A stretch of 64,000 nt of DNA from Auanema rhodensis (taxonomy: Eukaryota > Animalia > Nematoda), in assembly GCA_964057225.1 (NCBI GenBank), contig OZ059898.1:558001-622000 (forward strand), read 5' to 3'. The notes below the pieces were generated by a model. It saw only the letters and a program-made list of their open reading frames with translations, was not told the origin of the DNA and did not search any database. Made by a program: the position numbers and the translations under genes. Numbering within the stretch: position 1 is the stretch's first letter; every line of letters begins with the position of its first letter. This document shows, piece after piece, positions 37,567-51,400 of this stretch.

Positions 37567-40500
37567 ATGTTGAGTGTACATGGAAACTCAACATACACTA
37601 ATGCATCATTTTTCAAAGGATCATAACTAATTTTTGTATTAAGCGTTTCTCAATGTCGTATAGTGCATTCGATGCGGATTTTTAAGCTGCGTCGATCTGT
37701 GTTATCAGATTTGCGCTAGCTTAAAAATGCACCGAGATATCAACTGATATAAGTTCACACTTATATCCTCGATTTTCACCCTGAAGAATTAATTTTTTCG
37801 TTGAATAACATTGTCCATCGTCTTTGCCTTGAAAAAAGGAATCTAAAAACATCTACTTTTTGCTAAATTATTTTGAAATTTTTCGAAAAAATTTTTGTCA
37901 AAATGTTTTTGGAAGCAATGTTGAGTGTACATGGAAACTCAACATACACTAATGCATCATTTTTCAAACGATCATAACTAATTTTTGTATCAAGCGTTTC
38001 TCAATGTAGTATAGTGCATTCGATGCGGATTTTTAAGCTGCGTGGATCTGTGTTATCAGATTTGCGCTAGCTTAAAAATGCACCGAGATATCAACTGATA
38101 TAAGTTCACACTTATATCCTCGATTTTCACCCTGAAGAATTAATTTTTTTGTTGAATAACATTGTCCATCGTCTTTGCCTTGAAAAAAGGAATCTAAAAA
38201 CATCTACTTTTTGCTAAATTATTTTGAAATTTTTCGAAAAAATTTTTGTCAAAATGTTTTTGGAAGTAATGTTGAGTGTACATGGAAACTCAACATACAC
38301 TAATGCATCATTTTTCAAACGATCATAACTAATTTTTGTATTAAGCGTTTCTCAATGTCGTATAGTGCATTCGATGCGGATTTTTAAGCTGCGTCGATCT
38401 GTGTTATCAGATTTGCGCTAGCTTAAAAATGCACCGAGATATCAACTGATATAAGTTCACACTTATATCCTCGATTTTCACCCTGAAGAATTAATTTATT
38501 CGTTGAATAACATTGTCCATCGTTTTTGCCTTGAAAAAAGGAATCTAAAAACATCTACTTTTTGCTAAATTATTTTGAAATTTTTCGAAAAAATTTTTGT
38601 CAAAATGTTTTTGGAAGCAATGTTGAGTGTACATGGAAACTCAACATACACTAATGCATCATTTTTCAAACGATCATAACTAATTTTTGTATTAAGCGTT
38701 TCTCAATGTAGTATAGTGCATTCGATGCGGATTTTTAAGCTGCGTCGATCTGTGTTATCAGATTTGCGCTAGCTTAAAAATGCACCGAGATATCAACTGA
38801 TATAAGTTCACACTTATATCCTCGATTTTCACCCTGAAGAATTAATTTTTTCGTTGAATAACATTGTCCATCGTTTTTGCCTTGAAAAAAGGAATCTAAA
38901 AACATCTACTTTTTGCTAAATTATTTTGAAATTTTTCGAAAAAATTTTTGTCAAAATGTTTTTGGAAGCAATGTTGAGTGTACATGGAAACTCAACATAC
39001 ACTAATGCATCATTTTTCAAACGATCATAACTAATTTTTGTATTAAGCGTTTCTCAATGTCGTATAGTGCATTCGATGCGGATTTTTAAGCTGCGTCGAT
39101 CTGTGTTATCAGATTTGCGCTAGCTTAAAAATGCACCGAGATATCAACTGATATAAGTTCACACTTATATCCTCGATTTTCACCCTGAAGAATTAATTTT
39201 TTCGTTGAATAACATTGTCCATCGTTTTTGCCTTGAAAAAAGGAATCTAAAAACATCTACTTTTTGCTAAATTATTTTGAAATTTTTCGAAAAAATTTTT
39301 GTCAAAATGTTTTTGGAAGCAATGTTGAGTGTACATGGAAACTCAACATACACTAATGCATCATTTTTCAAAGGATCATAACTAATTTTTGTATTAAGCG
39401 TTTCTCAATGTCGTATAGTGCATTCGATGCGGATTTTTAAGCTGCGTCGATCTGTGTTATCAGATTTGCGCTAGCTTAAAAATGCACCGAGATATCAACT
39501 GATATAAGTTCACACTTATATCCTCGATTTTCACCCTGAAGAATTAATTTTTTCGTTGAATAACATTGTCCATCGTCTTTGCCTTGAAAAAAGGAATCTA
39601 AAAACATCTACTTTTTGCTAAATTATTTTGAAATTTTTCGAAAAAATTTTTGTCAAAATGTTTTTGGAAGCAATGTTGAGTGTACATGGAAACTCAACAT
39701 ACACTAATGCATCATTTTTCAAACGATCATAACTAATTTTTGTATCAAGCGTTTCTCAATGTAGTATAGTGCATTCGATGCGGATTTTTAAGCTGCGTGG
39801 ATCTGTGTTATCAGATTTGCGCTAGCTTAAAAATGCACCGAGATATCAACTGATATAAGTTCACACTTATATCCTCGATTTTCACCCTGAAGAATTAATT
39901 TTTTTGTTGAATAACATTGTCCATCGTCTTTGCCTTGAAAAAAGGAATCTAAAAACATCTACTTTTTGCTAAATTATTTTGAAATTTTTCGAAAAAATTT
40001 TTGTCAAAATGTTTTTGGAAGTAATGTTGAGTGTACATGGAAACTCAACATACACTAATGCATCATTTTTCAAACGATCATAACTAATTTTTGTATTAAG
40101 CGTTTCTCAATGTCGTATAGTGCATTCGATGCGGATTTTTAAGCTGCGTCGATCTGTGTTATCAGATTTGCGCTAGCTTAAAAATGCACCGAGATATCAA
40201 CTGATATAAGTTCACACTTATATCCTCGATTTTCACCCTGAAGAATTAATTTTTTCGTTGAATAACATTGTCCATCGTTTTTGCCTTGAAAAAAGGAATC
40301 TAAAAACATCTACTTTTTGCTAAATTATTTTGAAATTTTTCGAAAAAATTTTTGTCAAAATGTTTTTGGAAGCAATGTTGAGTGTACATGGAAACTCAAC
40401 ATACACTAATGCATCATTTTTCAAACGATCATAACTAATTTTTGTATTAAGCGTTTCTCAATGTAGTATAGTGCATTCGATGCGGATTTTTAAGCTGCGT

Positions 40501-41076
40501 CGATCTGTGTTATCAGATTTGCGCTAGCTTAAAAATGCACCGAGATATCAACTGATATAAGTTCACACTTATATCCTCGATTTTCACCCTGAAGAATTAA
40601 TTTTTTCGTTGAATAACATTGTCCATCGTTTTTGCCTTGAAAAAAGGAATCTAAAAACATCTACTTTTTGCTAAATTATTTTGAAATTTTTCGAAAAAAT
40701 TTTTGTCAAAATGTTTTTGGAAGCAATGTTGAGTGTACATGGAAACTCAACATACACTAATGCATCATTTTTCAAACGATCATAACTAATTTTTGTATTA
40801 AGCGTTTCTCAATGTCGTATAGTGCATTCGATGCGGATTTTTAAGCTGCGTCGATCTGTGTTATCAGATTTGCGCTAGCTTAAAAATGCACCGAGATATC
40901 AACTGATATAAGTTCACACTTATATCCTCGATTTTCACCCTGAAGAATTAATTTTTTCGTTGAATAACATTGTCCATCGTTTTTGCCTTGAAAAAAGGAA
41001 TCTAAAAACATCTACTTTTTGCTAAATTATTTTGAAATTTTTCGAAAAAATTTTTGTCAAAATGTTTTTGGAAGTA
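37567..41076 (+). repeat. 5-monomer tandem duplication (1755 bp x2)
   Basis: [C52G,A91C][T74C,C127G,C233T,C350T][A91C,C256T][C256T][A91C,C256T] starts at 37567 and again at 39322. Confidence 0.9.
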
Positions 41077-43884
41077 ATGTTGAGTGTACATGGAAACTCA
41101 ACATACACTAATGCATCATTTTTCAAACGATCATAACTAATTTTTGTATTAAGCGTTTCTCAATGTCGTATAGTGCATTCGATGCGGATTTTTAAGCTGC
41201 GTCGATCTGTGTTATCAGATTTGCGCTAGCTTAAAAATGCACCGAGATATCAACTGATATAAGTTCACACTTATATCCTCGATTTTCACCCTGAAGAATT
41301 AATTTTTTCGTTGAATAACATTGTCCATCGTTTTTGCCTTGAAAAAAGGAATCTAAAAACATCTACTTTTTGCTAAATTATTTTGAAATTTTTCGAAAAA
41401 ATTTTTGTCAAAATGTTTTTGGAAGCAATGTTGAGTGTACATGGAAACTCAACATACACTAATGCATCATTTTTCAAACGATCATAACTAATTTTTGTAT
41501 TAATCGTTTCTCAATGTAGTATAGTGCATTCGATGCGGATTTTTAAGCTGCGTCGATCTGTGTTATCAGATTTGCGCTAGCTTAAAAATGCACCGAGATA
41601 TCAACTGATATAAGTTCACACTTATATCCTCGATTTTCACCCTGAAGAATTAATTTTTTCGTTGAATAACATTGTCCATCGTCTTTGCCTTGAAAAAAGG
41701 AATCTAAAAACATCTACTTTTTGCTAAATTATTTTGAAATTTTTCGAAAAAATTTTTGTCAAAATGTTTTTGGAAGCAATGTTGAGTGTACATGGAAACT
41801 CAACATACACTAATGCATCATTTTTCAAACGATCATAACTAATTTTTGTATTAAGCGTTTCTCAATGTAGTATAGTGCATTCGATGCGGATTTTTAAGCT
41901 GCGTCGATCTGTGTTATCAGATTTGCGCTAGCTTAAAAATGCACCGAGATATCAACTGATATAAGTTCACACTTATATCCTCGATTTTCACCCTGAAGAA
42001 TTAATTTTTTCGTTGAATAACATTGTCCATCGTCTTTGCCTTGAAAAAAGGAATCTAAAAACATCTACTTTTCGCCAAATTATTTTGAAATTTTTCGAAA
42101 AAATTTTTGTCAAAATGTTTTTGGAAGCAATGTTGAGTGTACATGGAAACTCAACATACACTAATGCATCATTTTTCAAACGATCATAACTAATTTTTGT
42201 ATTAAGCGTTTCTCAATGTAGTATAGTGCATTCGATGCGGATTTTTAAGCTGCGTCGATCTGTGTTATCAGATTTGCGCTAGCTTAAAAATGCACCGAGA
42301 TATCAACTGATATAAGTTCACACATATATCCTCGATTTTCACCCTGAAGAATTAATTTTTTCGTTGAATAACATTGTCCATCGTCTTTGCCTTAAAAAAA
42401 GGAATCTAAAAACATCTACTTTTTGCTAAATTATTTTGAAATTTTTCGAAAAAATTTTTGTCAAAATGTTTTTGGAAGCAATGTTGAGTGTACATGGAAA
42501 CTCAACATACACTAATGCATCATTTTTCAAACGATCATAACTAATTTTTGTATTAAACGTTTCTCAATGTAGTATAGTGCATTCGATGCGGATTTTTAAG
42601 CTGCGTCGATCTGTGTTATCAGATTTGCGCTAGCTTAAAAATGCACCGAGATATCAACTGATATAAGTTCACACTTATATCCTCGATTTTCACCCTGAAG
42701 AATTAATTTTTTCGTTGAATAACATTGTCCATCGTCTTTGCCTTGAAAAAAGGAATCTAAAAACATCTACTTTTTGCTAAATTATTTTGAAATTTTTCGA
42801 AAAAATTTTTGTCAAAATGTTTTTGGAAGCAATGTTGAGTGTACATGGAAACTCAACATACACTAATGCATTATTTTTCAAACGATCATAACTAATTTTT
42901 GTATTAAGCGTTTCTCAATGTAGTATAGTGCATTCGATGCGGATTTTTAAGCTGCGTCGATCTGTGTTATCAGATTTGCGCTAGCTTAAAAATCCACCGA
43001 GATATCAACTGATATAAGTTCACACTTATATCCTCGATTTTCACCCTGAAGAATTAATTTTTTCGTTGAATAACATTGTCCATCGTCTTTGCCTTGAAAA
43101 AAAAAATCTGAAAACATCTACTTTTTGCTAAATTATTTTGAAATTTTTCGAAAAAATTTTTGTCAAAATGTTTTTGGAAGCAATGTTGAGTGTACATGGA
43201 AACTCAACATACACTAATGCATCATTTTTCAAACGATCATAACTAATTTTTGTATTAAGCGTTTCTCAATGTAGTATAGTGCATTCGATGCGGATTTTTA
43301 AGCTGCGTCGATCTGTGTTATCAGATTTGCGCTAGCTTAAAAATGCACCGAGATATCAACTGATATAAGTTCACACTTATATCCTCGATTTTCACCCTGA
43401 AGAATTAATTTTTTCGTTGAATAACATTGTCCATCGTCTTTGCCTTGAAAAAAGGAATCTAAAAACATCTACTTTTTGCTAAATTATTTTGAAATTTTTC
43501 GAAAAAATTTTTGTCAAAATGTTTTTGGAAGCAATGTTGAGTGTACATGGAAACTCAACATACACTAATGCATCATTTTTCAAACGATCATAACTAATTT
43601 TTGTATTAAGCGTTTCTCAATGTAGTATAGTGCATTCGATGCGGATTTTTAAGCTGCGTCGATCTGTGTTATCAGATTTGCGCTAGCTTAAAAATGCACC
43701 GAGATATCAACTGATATAAGTTCACACTTATATCCTCGATTTTCACCCTGAAGAATTAATTTTTTCGTTGAATAACATTGTCCATCGTCTTTGCCTTGAA
43801 AAAAGGAATCTAAAAACATCTACTTGTTGCTAAATTATTTTGAAATTTTTCGAAAAAATTTTTGTCAAAATGTTTTTGGAAGCA

Positions 43885-45288
43885 ATGTTGAGTGTACATG
43901 GAAACTCAACATACACTAATGCATCATTTTTCAAACGATCATAACTAATTTTTGTATCAAGCGTTTCTCAATGTAGTATAGTGCATTCGATGCGGATTTT
44001 TAAGCTGCGTCGATCTGTGTTATCAGATTTGCGCTAACTTAAAAATGCACCGAGATATCAACTGATATAAGTTCACACTTATATCCTCGATTTTCACCCT
44101 GAAGAATTAATTTTTTTGTTGAATAACATTGTCCATCGTCTTTGCCTTGAAAAAAGGAATCTAAAAACATCTACTTTTTGCTAAATTATTTTGAAATTTT
44201 TCGAAAAAATTTTTGTCAAAATGTTTTTGGAAGCAATGTTGAGTGTACATGGAAACTCAACATACACTAATGCATCATTTTTCAAACGATCATAACTAAT
44301 TTTTGTATTAAGCGTTTCTCAATGTAGTATAGTGCATTCGATGCGGATTTTTAAGCTGCGTCGATCTGTATTATCAGATTTGCGCTAGCTTAAAAATGCA
44401 CCGAGATATCAACTGATATAAGTTCACACTTATATCCTCGATTTTCACCCTGAAGAATTAATTTTTTCGTTGAATAACATTGTCCATCGTCTTTGCCTTG
44501 TAAAAAGGAATCTAAAAACATCTACTTGTTGCTAAATTATTTTGAAATTTTTCGAAAAAATTTTTGTCAAAATGTTTTTGGAAGCAATGTTGAGTGTACA
44601 TGGAAACTCAACATACACTAATGCATCATTTTTCAAACGATCATAACTAATTTTTGTATTAAGCGTTTCTCAATGTAGTATAGTGCATTCGATGCGGATT
44701 TTTAAGCTGCGTCGATCTGTGTTATCAGATTTGCGCTAGCTTAAAAATGCACCGAGATATCAACTGATATAAGTTCACACTTATATCCTCGATTTTCACC
44801 CTGAAGAATTAATTTTTTTGTTGAATAACATTGTCCATCGTCTTTGCCTTGAAAAAAGGAATCTAAAAACATCTACTTTTTGCTAAATTATTTTGAAATT
44901 TTTCGAAAAAATTTTTGTCAAAATGTTTTTGGAAGCAATGTTGAGTGTACATGGAAACTCAACATACACTAATGCATCATTTTTCAAACGATCATAACTA
45001 ATTTTTGTATTAAGCGTTTCTCAATGTAGTATAGTGCATTCGATGCGGATTTTTAAGCTGCGTCGATCTGTATTATCAGATTTGCGCTAGCTTAAAAATG
45101 CACCGAGATATCAACTGATATAAGTTCACACTTATATCCTCGATTTTCACCCTGAAGAATTAATTTTTTCGTTGAATAACATTGTCCATCGTCTTTGCCT
45201 TGTAAAAAGGAATCTAAAAACATCTACTTGTTGCTAAATTATTTTGAAATTTTTCGAAAAAATTTTTGTCAAAATGTTTTTGGAAGCA
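43885..45288 (+). repeat. 2-monomer duplication (702 bp x2)
   Basis: [C233T][G135A,A266T,T293G] starts at 43885 and at 44587. Confidence 0.82.
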
Positions 45289-48200
45289 ATGTTGAGTGTA
45301 CATGGAAACTCAACATACACTAATGCATCATTTTTCAAACGATCATAACTAATTTTTGTATTAAGCGTTTCTCAATGTAGTATAGTGCATTCGATGCGGA
45401 TTTTTAAGCTGCGTCGATCTGTGTTATCAGATTTGCGCTAGCTTAAAAATGCACCGAGATATCAACTGATATAAGTTCACACTTATATCCTCGATTTTCA
45501 CCCTGAAAAATTAATTTTTTCGTTGAATAACATTGTCCATCGTCTTTGCCTTGAAAAAAGGAATCTAAAAACATCTACTTTTTGCTAAATTATTTTGAAA
45601 TTTTTCGAAAAAATTTTTGTCAAAATGTTTTTGGAAGCAATGTTGAGTGTACATGGAAACTCAACATACACTAATGCATCATTTTTCAAACGATCATAAC
45701 TAATTTTTGTATTAAGCGTTTCTCAATGTAGTATAGTGCATTCGATGCGGATTTTTAAGCTGCGTCGATCTGTGTTATCAGATTTGCGCTAGCTTAAAAA
45801 TGCACCGAGATATCAACTGATATAAGTTCACACTTATATCCTCGATTTTCACCCTGAAGAATTAAATTTTTCGTTGAATAACATTGTCCATCGTCTTTGC
45901 CTTGAAAAAAGGAATCTAAAAACATCTACTTTTTGCTAAATTATTTTGAAATTTTTCGAAAAAATTTTTGTCAAAATGTTTTTGGAAGCAATGTTGAGTG
46001 TACATGGAAACTCAACATACACTAATGCATCATTTTTCAAACGATCATAACTAATTTTTGTATTAAGCGTTTCTCAATGTAGTATAGTGCAATCGATGCG
46101 GATTTTTAAGCTGCGTCGATCTGTGTTATCAGATTTGCGCTAGCTTAAAAATGCACCGAGATATCAACTGATATAAGTTCACACTTATATCCTCGATTTT
46201 CACCCTGAAGAATTAATTTTTTCGTTGAATAACATTGTCCATCGTCTTTGCCTTGAAAAAAGGAATCTAAAAACATCTACTTTTTGCTAAATTATTTTGA
46301 AATTTTTCGAAAAAATTTTTGTCAAAATGTTTTTGGAAGCAATGTTGAGTGTACATGGAAACTCAACATACACTAATGCATCATTTTTCAAACGATCATA
46401 ACTAATTTTTGTATTAAGCGTTTCTCAATGTAGTATAGTGCATTCGATGCGGATTTTTAAGCTGCGTCGATCTGTGTTATCAGATTTGCGCTAGCTTAAA
46501 AATCTACCGAGATATCAACTGATATAAGTTCACACTTATATCCTCGATTTTCACCCTGAAGAATTAATTTTTTCGTTGAATAACATTGTCCATCGTCTTT
46601 GCCTTGAAAAAAGGAATCTAAAAACATCTACTTTTTGCTAAATTATTTTGAAATTTTTCGAAAAAATTTTTGTCAAAATGTTTTTGGAAGCAATGTTGAG
46701 TGTACATGGAAACTCAACATACACTAATGCATCATTTTTCAAACGATCATAACTAATTTTTGTATTAAGCGTTTCTCAATGTAGTATAGTGCATTCGATG
46801 CGGATTTTTAAGCTGCGTCGATCTGTGTTATCAGATTTGCGCTAGCTTAAAAATGCACCGAGATATCAACTGATATAAGTTCACACTTATATCCTCGATT
46901 TTCACCCTGAAGAATTAATTTTTTCGTTGAATAACATTGTCCATCGTCTTTGCCTTGAAAAAAGGAATCTAAAAACATCTACTTTTTGCTAAATTATTTT
47001 GAAATTTTTCGAAAAAATTTTTGTCAAAATGTTTTTGGAAGCAATGTTGAGTGTACATGGAAACTCAACATACACTAATGCATCATTTTTCAAACGATCA
47101 TAACTAATTTTTGTATTAAGCGTTTCTCAATGTAGTATAGTGCATTCGATGCGGATTTTTAAGCTGCGTCGATCTGTGTTATCAGATTTGCGCTAGCTTA
47201 AAAATGCACCGAGATATCAACTGATATAAGTTCACACTTATATCCTCGATTTTCACCCTGAAGAATTAATTTTTTCGTTGAATAACATTGTCCATCGTCT
47301 TTGCCTTGAAAAAAGGAATCTAAAAACATCTACTTGTTGCTAAATTATTTTGAAATTTTTCGAAAAAATTTTTGTCAAAATGTTTTTGGAAGCAATGTTG
47401 AGTGTACATGGAAACTCAACATACACTAATGCATTATTTTTCAAACGATCATAACTAATTTTTGTATTAAGCGTTTCTCAATGTAGTATAGTGCATTCGA
47501 TGCGGATTTTTAAGCTGCGTCGATCTGTGTTATCAGATTTGCGCTAGCTTAAAAATCCACCGAGATATCAACTGATATAAGTTCACACTTATATCCTCGA
47601 TTTTCACCCTGAAGAATTAATTTTTTCGTTGAATAACATTGTCCATCGTCTTTGCCTTGAAAAAAGGAATCTGAAAACATCTACTTTTTGCTAAATTATT
47701 TTGAAATTTTTCGAAAAAATTTTTGTCAAAATGTTTTTGGAAGCAATGTTGAGTGTACATGGAAACTCAACATACACTAATGCATCATTTTTCAAACGAT
47801 CATAACTAATTTTTGTATTAAGCGTTTCTCAATGTAGTATAGTGCATTCGATGCGGATTTTTAAGCTGCGTCGATCTGTGTTATCAGATTTGCGCTAGCT
47901 TAAAAATGCACCGAGATATCAACTGATATAAGTTCACACTTATATCCTCGATTTTCACCCTGAAGAATTAATGTTTTCGTTGAATAACATTGTCCATCGT
48001 CTTTGCCTTGAAAAAAGGAATCTAAAAACATCTACTTTTTGCTAAATTATTTTGAAATTTTTCGAAAAAATTTTTGTCAAAATGTTTTTGGAAGCAATGT
48101 TGAGTGTACATGGAAACTCAACATACACTAATGCATCATTTTTCAAACGATCATAACTAATTTTTGTATTAAGCGTTTCTCAATGTAGTATAGTGCATTC

Positions 48201-48447
48201 GATGCGGATTTTTAAGCTGCGTCGATCTGTGTTATCAGATTTGCGCTAGCTTAAAAATGCACCGAGATATCAACTGATATAAGTTCACACTTATATCCTC
48301 GATTTTCACCCTGAAGAATTAATTTTTTCGTTGAATAACATTGTCCATCGTCTTTGCCTTGAAAAAAGGAATCTAAAAACATCTACTTTTTGCTAAATTA
48401 TTTTGAAATTTTTCGAAAAAATTTTTGTCAAAATGTTTTTGGAAGCA

Positions 48448-51400
48448 ATGTTGAGTGTACATGGAAACTCAACATACACTAATGCATCATTTTTCAAACG
48501 ATCATAACTAATTTTTGTATTAAGCGTTTCTCAATGTAGTATAGTGCATTCGATGCGGATTTTTAAGCTGCGTCGATCTGTGTTATCAGATTTGCGCTAG
48601 CTTAAAAATGCACCGAGATATCAACTGATATAAGTTCACACTTATATCCTCGATTTTCACCCTGAAGAATTAATGTTTTCGTTGAATAACATTGTCCATC
48701 GTCTTTGCCTTGAAAAAAGGAATCTAAAAACATCTACTTTTTGCTAAATTATTTTGAAATTTTTCGAAAAAATTTTTGTCAAAATGTTTTTGGAAGCAAT
48801 GTTGAGTGTACATGGAAACTCAACATACACTAATGCATCATTTTTCAAACGATCATAACTAATTTTTGTATTAAGCGTTTCTCAATGTAGTATAGTGCAT
48901 TCGATGCGGATTTTTAAGCTGCGTCGATCTGTGTTATCAGATTTGCGCTAGCTTAAAAATGCACCGAGATATCAACTGATATAAGTTCACACTTATATCC
49001 TCGATTTTCACCCTGAAGAATTAATTTTTTCGTTGAATAACATTGTCCATCGTCTTTGCCTTGAAAAAAGGAATCTAAAAACATCTACTTTTTGCTAAAT
49101 TATTTTGAAATTTTTCGAAAAAATTTTTGTCAAAATGTTTTTGGAAGCAATGTTGAGTGTACATGGAAACTCAACATACACTAATGCATCATTTTTCAAA
49201 CGATCATAACTAATTTTTGTATTAAGCGTTTCTCAATGTAGTATAGTGCATTCGATGCGGATTTTTAAGCTGCGTCGATCTGTGTTATCAGATTTGCGCT
49301 AGCTTAAAAATGCACCGAGATATCAACTGATATAAGTTCACACTTATATCCTCGATTTTCACCCTGAAGAATTAATTTTTTCGTTGAATAACATTGTCCA
49401 TCGTCTTTGCCTTGAAAAAAGGAATCTAAAAACATCTACTTTTTGCTAAATTATTTTGAAATTTTTCGAAAAAATTTTTGTCAAAATGTTTTTGGAAGCA
49501 ATGTTGAGTGTACATGGAAACTCAACATACACTAATGCATTATTTTTCAAACGATCATAACTAATTTTTGTATTAAGCGTTTCTCAATGTAGTATAGTGC
49601 ATTCGATGCGGATTTTTAAGCTGCGTCGATCTGTGTTATCAGATTTGCGCTAGCTTAAAAATGCACCGAGATATCAACTGATATAAGTTCACACTTATAT
49701 CCTCAATTTTCACCCTGAAAAATTAATTTTTTCGTTGAATAACATTGTCCATCGTCTTTGCCTTGAAAAAAGGAATCTAAAAACATCTACTTTTTGCTAA
49801 ATTATTTTGAAAATTTTCGAAAAAATTTTTGTCAAAATGTTTTTGGAAGCAATGTTGAGTGTACATGGAAACTCAACATACACTAATGCATCATTTTTCA
49901 AACGATCATAACTAATTTTTGTATTAAGCGTTTCTCAATGTAGTATAGTGCATTCGATGCGGATTTTTAAGCTGCGTCGATCTGTGTTATCAGATTTGCG
50001 CTAGCTTAAAAATGCACCGAGATATCAACTGATATAAGTTCACACTTATATCCTCGATTTTCACCCTGAAGAATTAATTTTTTCGTTGAATAACATTGTC
50101 CATCGTCTTTGCCTTGAAAAAAGGAATCTAAAAACATCTACTTTTTGCTAAATTATTTTGAAATTTTTCGAAAAAATTTTTGTCAAAATGTTTTTGGAAG
50201 CAATGTTGAGTGTACATGGAAACTCAACATACACTAATGCATCATTTTTCAAACGATCATAACTAATTTTTGTATTAAGCGTTTCTCAATGTAGTATAGT
50301 GCATTCGATGCGGATTTTTAAGCTGCGTCGATCTGTGTTATCAGATTTGCGCTAGCTTAAAAATCCACCGAGATATCAACTGATATAAGTTCACACTTAT
50401 ATCCTCGATTTTCACCCTGAAGAATTAATTTTTTCGTTGAATAACATTGTCCATCGTCTTTGCCTTGAAAAAAGGAATCTGAAAACATCTACTTTTTGCT
50501 AAATTATTTTGAAATTTTTCGAAAAAATTTTTGTCAAAATGTTTTTGGAAGCAATGTTGAGTGTACATGGAAACTCAACATACACTAATGCATCATTTTT
50601 CAAACGATCATAACTAATTTTTGTATTAAGCGTTTCTCAATGTAGTATAGTGCATTCGATGCGGATTTTTAAGCTGCGTCGATCTGTGTTATCAGATTTG
50701 CGCTAGCTTAAAAATGCACCGAGATATCAACTGATATAAGTTCACACTTATATCCTCGATTTTCACCCTGAAGAATTAATTTTTTCGTTGAATAACATTG
50801 TCCATCGTCTTTGCCTTGAAAAAAGAAATCTAAAAACATCTACTTTTCGCTAAATTATTTTGAAATTTTTCGAAAAAATTTTTGTCAAAATGTTTTTGGA
50901 AGCAATGTTGAGTGTACATGGAAACTCAACATACACTAATGCATCATTTTTCAAACGATCATAACTAATTTTTGTATTAAGCGTTTCTCAATGTAGTATA
51001 GTGCATTCGATGCGGATTTTTAAGCTGCGTCGATCTGTGTTATCAGATTTGCGCTAGCTTAAAAATGCACCGAGATATCAACTGATATAAGTTCACACTT
51101 ATATCCTCGATTTTCACCCTGAAGAATTAATTTTTTCGTTGAATAACATTGTCCATCGTCTTTGCCTTGAGAAAAGGAATCTAAAAACATCTACTTTTTG
51201 CTAAATTATTTTGAAATTTTTCGAAAAAATTTTTGTCAAAATGTTTTTGGAAGCAATGTTGAGTGTACATGGAAACTCAACATACACTAATGCATCATTT
51301 TTCAAACGATCATAACTAATTTTTGTATTAAGCGTTTCTCAATGTAGTATAGTGCATTCGATGCGGATTTTTAAGCTGCGTCGATCTGTGTTATCAGATT

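Noticed and set aside
29002-42179. Five 63-aa minus-strand ORFs (MKNDALVYVEF...) and one 62-aa plus-strand ORF
   Set aside because: They exist only in the five monomers carrying T298C, which removes overlapping stop codons on both strands (the plus ORF also depends on A225G). All other copies stop after about 34 codons. The peptides are low-complexity K/F/I/N-rich translations of A/T tracts with no recognisable domain.
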